Part shown: in pieces, positions 38,278 to 52,100 of the stretch
Position numbering within the stretch: the first letter of the stretch is position 1
Layout of the letters: the number at the start of each line of letters is the position of its first letter
Assembly: GCF_018977255.1 (NCBI RefSeq)
Contig: NW_024704742.1
Span: 17,486,001-17,550,000, forward strand
Length of the DNA stretch: 64,000 bases
Direction of reading: 5' to 3'
DNA from: Callorhinchus milii
Taxonomy: Eukaryota
Made by a program: the position numbers and the translations under genes
The notes under the pieces: model-generated
Seen by the model: the letters and a program-made list of their open reading frames with translations, nothing else
Database searches by the model: none
What the model was told of the DNA's origin: nothing

Positions 38278-38961
38278 ACTGCTAGCAGAAACTAGGTTAC
38301 CGTCCTGAATTCCTGATTAGCATCGCATTGGACTATAGCCTCAAATTTCACCATGGGGCCTGGACCCACAACCTTCTGACTCGGAGACGAGAGTGCTACC
38401 ACTTGAGCCAAGTTGACCTTTTGGCCAATGGCTAGGAGGAATTTCCTAGCCTTTTTGCCGAGAAGCCTTTTTCACAGACTACACTGGGGTCCTCCAAGCC
38501 TTGGCTCTTGCCAACGTATGCCTAATACTTTCTGGAATTAGGTAAGCTAGATACGTCCCTCCAGAGAGAGAGTGCGCATTTCATTTCAACAATCTATCTA
38601 GACTTTCCATGTGTATGTGGGATTCATGGAATTCTTAGCTTGGTTTGGATATTCCGAGCGTTAATCGGAGTCTTGGAGGTTAAGCGCTCCGAGAACCCAT
38701 CCGGTGTGAAGGATGCTATATAAATACAAGTTGTTGTTGTTGATACTCTTAAGCATAATGTTGGGTTTCTGCATGTGTCAGACCTAGCTGAACCCCCCTC
38801 CCCCCAAACAAAATCAGGGTCCAGGAGGATGTATGAGGATCAATAAAATTTCATAAGCAGAAAAATAACATTGTTTTCAAAATAAAACATTGTTTTTCAC
38901 AATTACCTTCCTGATGTGCAAAATTTCTCATAGTTTGAGTCTTAAAATTTTAGAATTTTTT

Positions 38962-38962
38962 N
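38962..38962. other. Ambiguous base (n)
   Basis: Single n after a T-run; possible assembly uncertainty. Confidence 0.95.
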
Positions 38963-39959
38963 ATATTCAGACTTAATTTGTGTACATTTTTCACAATCTT
39001 AAGTGGCAAGGCAATGCTCTTAAGGTTAGGACTAGAATAAATTCTGAGCTTCTGCAATGTCCAAGAATGATTAGTTAATCTACTCTTTATAAATCCACAC
39101 TTGATTAACATTTGTCCCTTTCTTGCCCTTATGGAAAATATGATCAATACAATCAGTCAGAAAGGTTCAGTATTGACATTACAATAAGTTGTTTGTCCTC
39201 AAGATACTGTTCTTACTACTGTAACTCTTCATGTATCACACCTTTTGTTCTGAAGCATTTCTGCTTTGGGTTAATCTATCTCACATCCACAGTGGTTTTG
39301 TCCTGATGAAAATGCGACACAAAATATAATGCAAGGCATTATTCAGGATGGGAGTCTGTGCTACATAATGAAGATTAACGGAATGATTAAATTAAAATGG
39401 AAGATTGAGGTGGTTAGTACAGGGTGCAGATAGCCATGAAGCTGTGACTGATGAGATAAGGGATTACAGCAGCTGGCCTGACCCAGATGTCTTAGTTTTT
39501 TTGTCAAGTTGGCAAACAGGCACATGGGTCACAAACGGATAGGACTAGTTAATGTTAGGGCAGATTAACACGGTTTTTAGCTGAAGTCTTTGTTAGAATG
39601 TGATTATGGCTGGCAATTATTCCTCAGTGTAATGCCAATAAATTTACATCATTCCAGCTGGCAAACAGCTCCCAACACTGCAACAGCCGCTGGTACTAGC
39701 CAGCACTTCTCGGTGGCAAGACTGAGGTGTCCCTGTGGCAGTGTCCATCCCCAAATAGATTTGTCAGTGTCCATTGACTATCTCTATAGATTATAGTGGC
39801 ATGCATTCTAAAACTGCAGACTATACAATTGAGCAGATGATGCCAAGTGTGAAACTCAGCAAGATTGAAGGGATTATCTTTGCCGGTCTTTTCATCTTTC
39901 TTCTCTGGAATTCTGCATGTTGTAGCTAATTCCATGATTGTCACGTCCAGCTGATGGCA

Positions 39960-40340
39960 AACAACAACAACAGCTTGCACTTATATAGCGCCCCCATGCA
40001 GAATAGCGTCTCAGAGGGCTTAACAGTGGTGGAGCCTGACTCCGAGCTGAGTGGGGATGGTGGGGTGGGAGGTGGCCGAAGTGGAAGGTTTTCAGGTGGA
40101 ACTTGAAAAAGGGGAGAAGGCGGAGGGATTGAGGGAGAGTGTTCCAGCGTTTTGGGGCATAATGGCTGAAAGTGTGACTTCCGATGGTAGGGTGGAGGGT
40201 GCGAGGGACGAGAAGAAGGCCGGTGCCGGTCGAGTGGAGGTGCCAGATGGTGGATTAAGTAGTAAGGAGGTTGGAAAGGTAGGGAGGTGCCAGAGAGTGA
40301 AGGGATTTGAACACAAGTGTGAGGATCTTGAAGTTGATCC
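39960..40340 (-). mobile_element. L2 3' end
   Basis: (CAA)n tail. The minus strand encodes FKILTLVFKSLHSLAPPYLSNLL...PKTLEH-type ORF2 end. Confidence 0.9.
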
Positions 40341-41949
40341 ATTCTTCACCTTCTCATCATGTGGTTCAGTACCACACATTGTAGGATTGAACAGAGATAC
40401 AGTTTTTTGCCTCAGTAACTACTGACAGAGTATTGTTCTGTACTCATTCAATGCACTCATCACCATACGACATACTCTATCTAATTCCTTTCAATACAGT
40501 ACCATTACCAATTAGATTAATTTTACAAGTTAAATGACAATTGAAAGCCAGGAACTCAGGAGTTCAAGCTACATTTGTGCTGCACAAATGATTGTCATGT
40601 CCCAGGCAAGAGCGTTTCAAACTATTATGATTTTTTAAGCATTATCGTGTTGAGTTTACAAAATCACAAGAGAGGTTCAGATGAAGAAGGCCCTTTGGCC
40701 CTTTTGAAATCATCCTTCCAGTATACCCAACCTACCATTTTTCCATCACACGATCAAGCAGCTTTTTTTTAAATGAGTTCAGTGCCTTCAAACACACATC
40801 CTAGTAACAAGTAGTTCCAGCAGTTAAAGAAATACTTCCTGTGTCTGTCCTGAAATTGCCCTTAGTTAATGCCAGCAAGAAAGTCCAACCCAACCATGAA
40901 AATGAACTCTTTCGATCTTTGATATTACCAGTGTGAGTGCCTTTGTAAATAGAAACCTCCTAGAGCAGTTTCCAATTGTTTTTTAAATATTAATTTTCCT
41001 CTGTTTTTCTGCTGAGGAAGGGCGAAATCTGCACTTTACTGGCCAGAAAATATCTTTTTACCATTCAGAGGAACTTTTAGCTGGGAGAGCATGGAACAAA
41101 AGCTCAGAAGTTAGGAAAATTATTTGATCCTCACATATTTATATTTGTGGAACTACATGTTACCAGGAAATGTTGTAATTTTACAAAGATTCGGAGCAAT
41201 CGCAAATCTGAAAGACAATGTGAAACATTTTTGATCTTTGTGGGAATCAAACTTTCGTCTCCCTGGCAGACCTTTTTGCTCTCTGGCCTTTTCTTTCCCG
41301 CATTCTTCCTGCTTTCAGATATCGCAAATTAAACTAGCTCGATATTTGATATGGAAGCCACAGTGAGCGCACGAATGGGGTTTGATCATATCACACATTA
41401 ACTGAGACAAGTTGCAGCACTCTTGACTGCCTGAGATCAGCTAATTCAGGGATTCCATTATTTTGCTGACCTTAATTTACGAAGTCAAAGACTAAAGTGC
41501 TACAATTCATTTACATTTAGGTTTTCAAAAAACAACAGAAATTAGACATTCTAATTAATTTATCCTCAACCCATGGATTTAGCTTTTAATTAAGAATAAT
41601 GAGTATTACCCTGTCTCGAAGGGCACTAATGGTTAGCGCTCTGGCTTTTATTGCAATTTTGTAACACTTCCAAATGCATGAAAATACTTGATGAAAATAT
41701 TTACACACTACACAAATTAAGCAGGGAATGTGATTCCTCCCCTCTTACTGGATTAAGTAACAAATGAAATTTGGAGTTTTCCAATAGTCCAGACTAAAGT
41801 GACAGTGTAATATACAATATAATAATAGTAAGTAATTTTTGCATTTGATATAGTGCCTTTCACAATGGTGAAAACGTCCCAAAACTTCACAGGATTTACT
41901 GTAAGGTATAGCGATTGTGTATTGAACTCACAGTTTGGCTGACAGTTTA

Positions 41950-42450
41950 GGCTCCCTTGCCTCCTTCAAGACCCATCTCAAGACCCTGCTCTTTGACCAT
42001 GCTTTCGATAACCCTGCTTCCCCTCCACCCTCCCCAATCCCGAGCTCTAGCTTGGATCTGAAACACTAACTGGCCACTGCCTTGGTACCTCCTCCCGACT
42101 TTACAAATGTAATTTTGCTGTTGTTGTTGACAAGCCAATGCAGTGCTGGGGGGATGTTGCCATTTCAGAGGTGCCATCTTTCGGATGAGACGTTAAACCG
42201 AGGCCCTGTCTACCTGCTCAGGTGGACATTAAAGATCCCAAGGCACTATTCGGAAAGAGAAGGGAGTTTCTTTCATGTTTGGGCCACAAATTCTCCAAAT
42301 AAAATCCCACTCACTTTCATGAACATTGCGAAAATTGACAACTGCATTTTCCCTAAAAATACAGTCACTAAACTTCATAGTAAAATCCTGTGAAGAGCTT
42401 TGACATATCAACAATGTGATAGGTGCTATATCAAAAGCAATTATTTATTT
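41950..42450 (+). mobile_element. L2 tail (41950-42128) inserted into a DeuSINE (body/tail 42130-42450)
   Basis: tccttcaagacccatctcaagaccc...aatgtaattttgctgttg, followed by gaggtgccatctttcggatgagacgttaaaccgaggcc. Confidence 0.8.
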
Positions 42451-42770
42451 TTTTAAGGCAATTCGCAGAAAAGTTACACTAAAATATCCATTTGAAGCAG
42501 AGAAACAATAACTTGAATTTATAGAGCAGCCTTCACAGTGTCATGTCAAAGTCAAAAGCACATGTCAAAGTGCTTCACAGAGTCAGTGCCGGTTGTTGAG
42601 AAAAGGAGGAGGGGAAGGTGACCGTAAGGGCAGTCAAAGAGGTAGGCTTTTAGTTGGGAATTGAAGACAGATAGAGAAGAGGCAAGATGAAGGGAATTGC
42701 TGAAAGTATCTTCTGTAAGACAGAAGATGCTATAGAAGCCTTAATTGAGCAAGAGTGAGTAAGAAAGGGA

Positions 42771-43094
42771 TAATAATAATAATAATCCTTGCATTTGATA
42801 TAGCGCTTTTCACGTTGGGAGGACGTCCCAAAGCGCTTCACAGAACACACTGTAAAGTGAATTGACTGTACATTTGTGGGCGAACGCGGCAGCCAATTGC
42901 GCACAGCAATGTCCCACAAACAGTCGTAGATTGAAAATGACCAATTTATTATTGTTTTTGGTTTTGGAGGGATTATTATTAGGCTCTGTGTGGAGTAAGG
43001 AAACTTGCCCAAGGTTTCGCCCTCTGCCTGGAATTGAACTCAGGTCTCTCGCTTGCAAAGCGAGTGCTCTAACCACTGAGCTACAGGACTCCAC
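42771..43094 (-). mobile_element. Full-length young tRNA-Ala-headed SINE (CTCCC-loop variant)
   Basis: Minus strand reads gtggagtcctgtagctcagtggttagagcactcgctttgcaagcgag, with an intact CTCGC/GCGAG stem around TGC. Confidence 0.96.
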
Positions 43095-43467
43095 ATTATA
43101 CAATCATTATATTATGTAATTATGTAATCATTTAGCTTCTGTTTGTAGCTAAATGAATCTCTATCTAAGGCATGAACTGCACTGCGCTTGCCCGTAGTTT
43201 GTTGACCTTGTCGTTATGTGTGTGTTATTTCTGCTGATTGGTAAAAACTACCCACCTTGGTGGTGTGAACTTACAGTAGGAAGCCACAGTACAATTGCAC
43301 ACATCAAGATACATTAATGTGACCACTGAATACAAGACGGCCTTTGAAGCAGACAACAAACTTAGCGACTCGATGTATAACTGAAATAGAGGAATATTGT
43401 GAGAAGGTGGGTAGCTAAGGTTACCAATTAACACAAAGAGAGGGATCTCCAGACCTTATAATATTTT

Positions 43468-43800
43468 CCTGCTTCACGTTCCGGCCTGCTTCACGGCCCC
43501 CGCCTCGCCCACCGCATCATTGGTGGGTGGACCTTCAGCCAGTCAGTCCCCACCCTCTGGAACTCCATCCTGCAGTCCCTCCGCCTCGCCCTCTCCTTTG
43601 CCTCCTTCAAAACCCATCTCAAGACCCTTCTCTTAGAACGTGCCTTTGGTCACCTTCATTCCCCCCACTGCCCTTCACCTTCCTCGATCCCAACCCCCAG
43701 CTCAAGTCCGAAACACTGATTGTCCAGCGACTTAGGATGTCCTCCCGACGTGAAAGGCACTATACAAATGTAATTTTGTTGTTGTTGTTCCTGTTGTTGT
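43468..43800 (+). mobile_element. L2 3' fragment
   Basis: SGLLHGPRLAHRIIGGWTFSQSVPTLWNSI...SFKTHLKTLLL, then a tail ending in (GTT)n. Confidence 0.9.
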
Positions 43801-45469
43801 TTGCCCTAAAAGTTCTTGTGTTCTTATTATGAACAGAATTAAAGTTGATATAAGAATAGTTAACAATAAATATAAGAATCTGCATTACACAAGCTCTTCT
43901 ATGCTTCAATCAAATTCTTTGTCAAATGGCTGAAAATCCCTCTTAAATGTGCTGACACAGTTCTTTTGCCCCCTTTTTCTCAGTGTAGTGTGTTCCACAT
44001 ATTAGTCACTTGATATACAAAGTAATTCGATTTGAACTGTGTAATTGTGGAAGCCGCATTGATATTTTAGAGAAAATTTGATGTATGTATATATATGAGA
44101 AGGATGTAGTTGAGGGGAATAGCAGAAGTGGGGGATCATGAGTATAAACACTGTCATGGAATAATTAGGGGCAAATTGCCTGATACCATGCCATATCACT
44201 CTACGTAACACTTTGTGTTCACTTTCCCTCTTTTGAGCTTGAGTCAGTGCCTCTTTGTTGTAGTTTGTGACATGTGTTAATAAACATATCGTTTCGCCCA
44301 ACAATATACAGTCAATTCACTTTACAGTATATTCTGTGAAGCGCTTTGAGATGTCTAGAAGTCGTGAAAAGCGCTATATCAAATGCAAGGATTATTGCTA
44401 TTATTATTATTATATCATTAGGGTTTACTTTACCTGTACCTTTTAGGATATTGAATACTTCAATAATATCTCCTCTGAGCCTTCTCCATAGTAGGAACTT
44501 CCCAGTCTCTGTAGGGAAGGCAGGCAGGAGGCAGCCTGTCTCCTTTTCAAACCTCAGTTATTTACCCCACCAAACTGATGATTAAGGAGTATCGTGAAAG
44601 GGTATGCCATTAGAATTAAAAACTGCCAAATTCTAATCAACTGGTGGAACAGGCTGAACGGCCTCCACCTGTTCTTGTTTTACCAATTTCACTGACATTA
44701 TGGCTCTAGTCTGAGTGGAAATGAGCTATAACTGTGTTTCTTTGGTAATGTATTCCCAGCCTCGATATGACAGAGCTCTCACTGTAATTAGGTGATGGAT
44801 AAGGTCAGCACTGTAATGGGAATTAATGAGTGTCCATCGAGGAGCAGACCAGCAAAATAGTGTCTGTGACAGCAACTGTGAAATTAATATGTTAAGCAGC
44901 CACCAGGCTCCTTCATTAAAAGGGCAATTTCTGAAAGCTGTTGGCAATGTGCATTTTGGAATGAAGTTGTTTTCTTTGGCTAGAGGTAGCAAGCCAGTTA
45001 GGTATTTTTTTGGTGGGGAGGGGTCTGAGATTGGAAAAAAAAATGCGAGAAACTGGTTATTGCTATCCAGGAGGAAAAAGGTCAATGGGTTTAAAAATGT
45101 GGTGTTAGTTTTCTCTTGTCTCTTTGGGGACAAATTAATATTGTGTAAAATTCACCCAGAGGCCTGTGATAAATGGACACATTTTTGATCAATGTAATAT
45201 AATTTGCTTATAAATGCACTGTGAAGACACTGCATTTTACAATAAAATCCCTTTGAAGCGCTTTGAGATGTTTCAACAACATAATAAGATACATAACATC
45301 AAATGCAAGGATTGTTATTGTTAATCATTGGTGCAATTTTGATCCCTTTGTCATTCTCCCTCTTTCAATGTGCTATATTTCAATATATATATATATTTCA
45401 GTGTGATATTTTCAATCTCTCAGAGTCCCTTCCACCTCTCTCTCTCTCTCTCTTCATACTCTCTTCCTT

Positions 45470-45677
45470 ATAATCCCTCCAAAAAAACAAAAACAATAAT
45501 AAATTGGTCATTTTCAATCCATGACTGTTTGTGGGACATTGCTGTGCGCAATTGGCTGCCGCGTTTGCCCACAAATATACAGTCAATTCACTTTACAGTG
45601 TGTTCTGAGAAGCGCTTTGGGACGTCCTCCTGACGTGAAAAGCGCTATATCAAATGCAAGGATTATTATTATTATTA
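45470..45677 (+). mobile_element. 5'-truncated young SINE preceded by (CT)n
   Basis: Near-identical to the reverse complement of 42771-42980. Confidence 0.92.
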
Positions 45678-47582
45678 CCTCTCTCCTATCTCTTTGCTAA
45701 CTTAAAAAGAAACCGACTTTTATTACTAAAATATGCATCGAGAAATTAGATGTTTCTTTATGGGGATATTAATTAAACTCCAATTGGCAGCAGTGGAAAC
45801 TTTTGTACTCAGCCATTGTGCCAAGTACGTGGGGAAGGAAGGTGCGTTCAAATCCGGTTAGTCAATAAATGTCAACTTATTTAACAATAATTTTCTGCAA
45901 TGTGATAATTAGCCCCATTGTTATTTCCAGGTGCAAATAAATATTAACAATCCTGGCATTTTATACAGTTTCTTTCACATTGGGAGGATAATAATAAACT
46001 TTGATATAGTGCTTCACATGATATACTGTAAAGTGGATTGACTGTATTTTGTGACATTGCTGTGGGCAACTGTGAAATTAGTAAGTTAAGCAAGGATTTA
46101 CAAGGATTTCTCAAAGAGCTTTACAAGATATTCTGTTAAGTGTAGTGACTGTGTATTTGGCAGGTGAATGAATTATATCAAAGTACTGTATTATTGAATA
46201 AATTACGCTGCCCCCCTCCACACCACCATCAATGGCCGAGCCTTCAGTCATTGCATCTCCAACCTCCAGAACTCACTGCCTCTATCCCTCCACCTTGCTC
46301 CCTCTCTATCTCTCTTCAAATCCCACTTTAAAACTCACCTCAAAACTGTACTTACAAAACTACACCTCAAATCTACCCCCCCTCCCCATCCCACCACGCT
46401 CAAAGTCCAACCCCACCACTGTGAAGCATTCTGAGACTTTATCCCATGTTGTTTCATAAAAAGATTGAAGATGGAGTTCCATGTGACCCAATATTGAGGC
46501 CTATTCGAACACCACATCTCCAAAGCATTTATAGAGTTGACCTATGGCAAGAAGACAGTTGGTGCTTTGTAAAAGCACGTAAATGGCTAAGTTACTGCCT
46601 TGGAGATAGCGTCAAGGGACATTCTTTGCATTTTACCTTATGCTGTGTCTGTAACATGAGTACAACAAACTTTAACTTTGCCTCTTGGATTGCAAGCAAT
46701 GATGCAATAACATAATAGAATACTTTCAAAAGCTTCTCTGTCTGAACTGTGTTTAGTAATGGGTTTACGTGAAGTTTTGCTGGCAAATGAAGCAAATAGC
46801 TACAAAGATTGGTAGCTGTCCTCAGGTCATGTCTGTCTACATAGAAGGCTGAGCAATAATGCTATTTCCTTTCCAGCAAAGCAGCATGCAGTGATGGATA
46901 AACCATATGCACTGTGATTTCCTGAGACAAGCAAAGCATTGATATGATTTTAGGCAGGAACGATGGGTGTGTTTTGAACCTGCAATATTTGAACATCAAA
47001 TAAGATTAGTAATACTGCCAACAAAGCAGATACGGTAGCTTGCTAACCTTTTGAGAAGAGAAAGGAATGAGTCTTTAAGGAATTTCAATTCCCAAGAAAC
47101 TGTGGCTCAAATGTTCAAGCATTTGCAAAAGTAGCTTCAAATCCCAGGTAGCCATAATCAACTATGTAACATGTCTTGTTTCTCATGCAGATTAAATTAA
47201 TCTGGATACCGTTGCATGCTCTCACCAGTTACATTTCTGACCTAAGTGCCAGTAGGTTTGGATAGTTGCCATGTGCACCTCACTCAGCTATTTTAGTAAG
47301 GATTGATTATGGAGAGAGCAACCCCGATGGTGCAATGAATACAGTTGTAGATTATGGACCAGGAGCTCACAGGTTTGAAACCTTGTTGAGGGCTGCATGG
47401 GGAGACTACATTAGCCCATCCATCCTCAGGCAGGAAAAAACCTTCCGGGGGCCTGATTTTGATCCCTCCAAAGAAAATTTCTGCTGACTTTGTGAATGTG
47501 TGTGGGGTGGGGGCGGTGGGAGACGGGTTGGACCTCTGATACTAACTGCTAAAGCTCACGCAGGAACAAAGGACATTTGGAT

Positions 47583-47957
47583 AAATAAATAATAATCCTT
47601 GCATTTGAAATACCACCTTATCACGTCTTCAAGATATCTCAAAGCGCTCACAAAATATACTGTCAAGTGAATTGACTGTATATTTTGTGGGCGGAATGTG
47701 GCAGCCAATTGCGTACAGCAGTGTCCTACAAATAGTGTGGATTGAGTGACCAAATTATTATTATTATTTTTTGGAGGGATTATTACCCCAGAAAAGTGAT
47801 CCGCCTATCAACTAAGAACTGGCTTCCTACTTACTGCTAGGTGAATAGAGTTGTGTGGAGTAAGGAAACTTGCCCAATGTTTCACCCTGCTGGGAATCGA
47901 ACCCAGGTCCTCTCGCTGGCAAGGCGAGCGCTCTAACCACTGAGCAACAGGACTCCA
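47583..47957 (-). mobile_element. Full-length tRNA-SINE (long form) inserted in an AmnSINE2-like relic (~47340-48010)
   Basis: 5-bp TSD TGGAT at 47578-47582 and 47958-47962; extra internal segment at ~47785-47855. Confidence 0.92.
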
Positions 47958-48974
47958 TGGATGGAACTGTAGGGCAACATCCATGGAATTGCTACCCAGC
48001 AAGAGGAAGCCAGACTGGGAGCAGAGAGACATATGCCAGTGGCTAGATAATTACAAAAATAATTGCAACTACATTTTTTTTAATATCACAGCCCAGAGGG
48101 TTGTGCTCACTGGGGTTGAAAATAATCTATTTGCAATATTTATCACAACTGCCACCCATTGGATTTAATGGAACAGGCACCGTTTTGATTGTGATCATGA
48201 TCGTGACCGACTTTTCAAATTTAATTTTTTGGTCAAGACTTGAAAACTCCAACAAAAGGTCAAGAAGCAAATGCCGGTTACAAAAATGGTCTTTGCAGGC
48301 AGGCTATTCGGTGGAATTTTCTCTTGTTTCTTTTCTTGCAAGTTTATATTATGAATCCAGCAATTTTATTTGCAAACTGGTAAGCGCGACAACTGTCAAT
48401 TTGCTAACTTTGTAATTTTCAAATCTGTTATCCTTTTCCTCTTAGTGAAGCATTGTAGTATATTATCTGTTCCTTAAAGTGAATGTTTTGCTTTATGCCC
48501 ATAATAAGGTGTCCATAAATGAAGGAAGAACACTTTAAATTGGTGGATTAGAGGTCTAAAGAGTCAAGGTGCTATATTTAGCACCGGTAACTCTGAGGCA
48601 GAATCCTGACCTTTGTTGGCAGATGCGATCTTCAAGCTAGTCCTGTTGTGATCTGGGCTTGGTCTCAGACAGTGAGACCGTGTCCATCACAGGCCTGGGT
48701 CACAAACCCAGTCATTGAAAGTCCACAGGGATTTTGTAAAGGAGCTAGCCATTTGGCACACATCTCAGTGCACCACTGAGAGCTGCTTCAAAGAACTTTA
48801 CTCTTCAGATCAATATCTCATACAACAAATTTGGGTCAAATTACTTCAGCTGGTAAAACAAAAATCAACCATCCTCAAAAACATGTCAGATGAAAAAAAC
48901 CCCACACCCATTTCTTCTTAAGTGCTATGTACAATTTGCACTGTGTTAAGTGCTTCATAAGTGCTTTGTACAAT

Positions 48975-49185
48975 TTCCTCTACCTTGCATCCTTCATGGC
49001 CCATCTCAAGACTTTTCTCTTTGACCAAGATTTTGGTCACTCTCGGATTCCCACTCTCCCGCCCTCCACCCCTCCTGGTCCCAACCACCAGTTCAAGTGC
49101 GGATCCCTGACCGTCCAGCGCTTTTGGACATCCTCCCGATGTGAAAGGCACTATACAAATGTAATTTGTTTTTGTTGTTGTTGTG
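48975..49185 (+). mobile_element. L2 3' fragment
   Basis: SFMAHLKTFLFDQDF, then tail ggacatcctcccgatgtgaaaggcactatacaaatgtaatttg. Confidence 0.85.
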
Positions 49186-52100
49186 GTAGAGCGATCGCCT
49201 GAATGAGGTAAGCAACGCCTTTGAGAAACTGAGCAATGAAACAACAACAAAAAAATTACATTTGTAAAGCTTGCTTGCTTCTCAGAGGAAGGATATTCAT
49301 TTTGCATTGCAACAGGCAGTAACTTGTGAGCACCAAGGGGCTTTTGTAGTTGTTATAATTATAATATAATATCTGCTGTGTGACTTTCAAAAATAATTTT
49401 CAGTCAATTTTATCACTGAATTAAAAAAAATTGAATTCAGGCACATTAGGGGGATTAAATGGGGTTTGTGTCCCAGTAGGATGCATGTTTACACATTCAT
49501 ATCCCCATCTAGTGAGTTCCCATTAAGTTCTCATTAACAGCAGTACTACTGTCATAGGCATTGGGTCAGAGTCAAGCAGTTCCCTCATAGGGAGACAGGG
49601 AAATCAGACGAAGACTTACTTTCGATCATGTGAACAGGACAAAGTCATTCAACCGTTGAGCTTGTTAGATCACAGCAGAGTTTTAGGTTCCATTTTCTTC
49701 CTTTTCGTCTTAATCCTCCCACCCGTCACCTCAAAACATGCCTCTTTGACCGTGCTTTTATTCATCCTTCCCCTCCCACCCCCTCGGCTCCCACCCCAGC
49801 TCGGCGGCCCATCCAGCATTGTCAAGCACTTTGAAACATCCTCCTGTTATGAAAGGCGCTAAATAAAAATAAAAGATGCTGCATTAAAACCCTTAAAATT
49901 CCTTACTTCCTAAGTGTCTGCCTCTGTGGCCTTCTGGGACAGTGCCTTCCATATTTCCACAACCACAACTGCATCCCTTTGAGAAGCTAGTTATTACATT
50001 CAGTGTTTCACATTCCTTCTGAGAGGCTGGTTATCACTATCAATAAAGCAAAGGATGAGTTTTAATTCCATTTCCCGCCCCCCACCTTTTTGCCATAATC
50101 TTCCTTCCCTCGTTCAAGGTTTGTGAGAGAAAATAATACATTAAAACATTACATATTACAAGGTACGAGAGAGAAAATAACACGTCAAAAACAATCTGGG
50201 GCCTCATTCTCTTTAGGTCTACGTGTGTCATCCCCCACTTAAAGACTTCCTGCCAAGACATCTGAGCCAGGAGAAGGACGAGAATTGCCCTGGGATAACT
50301 TGGCTGGTGGTTTGCATCTGCCTTCAAAACAATGCTTGTTCCATTCTATCTCAGGAACACAAATAACACCGGGTTGAAAATTGTGACATGTGATACTTTT
50401 CTGGATGATATCCACACGTGCTCCCACTACTCACATGTCCTATTCACATCCCCAATCCGCACGTAGTACCCAAATATCCTGCAGTGCCGCTGCAATTATT
50501 GTCCTTTGTGGGCTTTCTTTGCAAACTAGAAGTTTATTTCATAGTACACTGGAACCAGAGAGATTATTTAACACTTTGCACTCTATCCATCGAATTGCTA
50601 CTGTGAGCTGAGCCCTCATTGTTGCTGGAAGGACAACAGAGAATAACCTCAATATTACAGTAACACAAATGTAATTCAAAATTCTACTTTGCAATGAATA
50701 ACAAGAATAGCAACACATTTACATTTATATACAGAGGCGCCTTTCATGTTGGGAGGATGTCCCAAGGCTCTGACAGAAAATCAGAATTATTTATATACGA
50801 ATATGTATTTACGAATGAAAGAGATTTTTATTTAAAAAGTATTTTTGTGTGCAGTTTGAGTTGAAGTGTGTAAAATTGAAGTGCAAGGTTAAATCAATAT
50901 AAGTAATAGAAAGTAGTAACTGAACCCATTTTGGTCTTTGTGGGAAGCAGTGAAACAAAGCTCCAATTGGAACAGAACCCAGACTGGCTGTTACATGATG
51001 CAAGGTTGAAGAAAAATGCAATTTTCTAAGAATGTAACTTAAACTTCAAAATATTTTAAAGAAAGCGCTGTCAAGCGAAACTATTTTTTTTAAAACCCTG
51101 ATTTATATTTTGGACTTCAAACCAAGGCTGCCACAGAGACTGTTTTTACACTGAATCAATTCACTTCAGAGAGTGATTGCTGGAGTAGCTGTTATTGCTG
51201 TCGTCATCTTGTCTGCACCTGAAAGGATTGTAATTGGTATCATGTCAAGTGAACGAAATGTGAAGGACATCTCCCCAATGACTGTAAAAGATGCCCATAA
51301 CTCACCGTTTCCCACGAGATACCACAGTTTGTTCATTTGTGGGTTTCTGCTATTGAAACATTAAGGGTTTGGAATGAAATATAGAGTTTCATGCAATTTT
51401 GACAACCATTATGTGATACAGTACTTCATATGTGTGAACTGTAATTGTGAGAGTGTGCGTGTGTATGCCTATCAGAGGGCATATGTGATGGATGGAAGAG
51501 TGTGTAAGTTTGAATGAGTATGTGTGTGTTGATAGTTTTGATATCCTTCGGACGTCCTCCCGACGTGAAAGGCGCTGTACAAACGTAATTTTGTTGCTGT
51601 TGATGTAATGAAATGACCAATTATGCCATAAGATTATTTTTCTTTTAAGAATTACTTTTTAACATGAGCCACATACAGAGAGCAACAGTTCATTTGAACA
51701 GAGGATACTCCAGCGATTGTATCATATACCAGATTTTATTGACATTTGTGCAGTCGGGTTGTAAGCCTGTGAAATGCACTGCCTCAAGAGGCCATAAATG
51801 AAAAATCAACTGAGATGTTTAAAAGGGAGATAGTTATATGAGATGCAATGTTACTAAGGGATCTCGAGAAAGAGCAGGAAAATGGAATTTAAATATAAAT
51901 ATAAAGTGCCGTGAGCTAGTAAAATGGTAAAGCAGGCTCAACAGACAGAATGACCTACTTGTGTTGCTACTTTCACAAAGTTTAATCAGATAATAAAGAT
52001 CTATTTTTTCCATAGCACTTTATTATATTGAAACATTGTTCCAAAAATTCCTCCAAAAGAATGTGATCACTCAATCCACAACTGCTTGTTGGCCTTTGCT

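Noticed and set aside
41198..41330. Short inverted arms atctgaaag/ctttcagat
   Set aside because: Only about 9 bp of perfect match with weak extension; cannot be distinguished from chance or a heavily decayed MITE.
43020..43094. tRNA-Ala(TGC)-like sequence, also at the other SINE heads
   Set aside because: It has A/B boxes and an anticodon arm but no proper acceptor stem, and it runs straight into the SINE body. It is a SINE head, not a tRNA gene.
42650..43119. Recurring ORFs such as MGKFPYST.../...[15 protein letters not shown]...
   Set aside because: These are translations of the repeated SINE. They look like a protein family only because the DNA is repeated.
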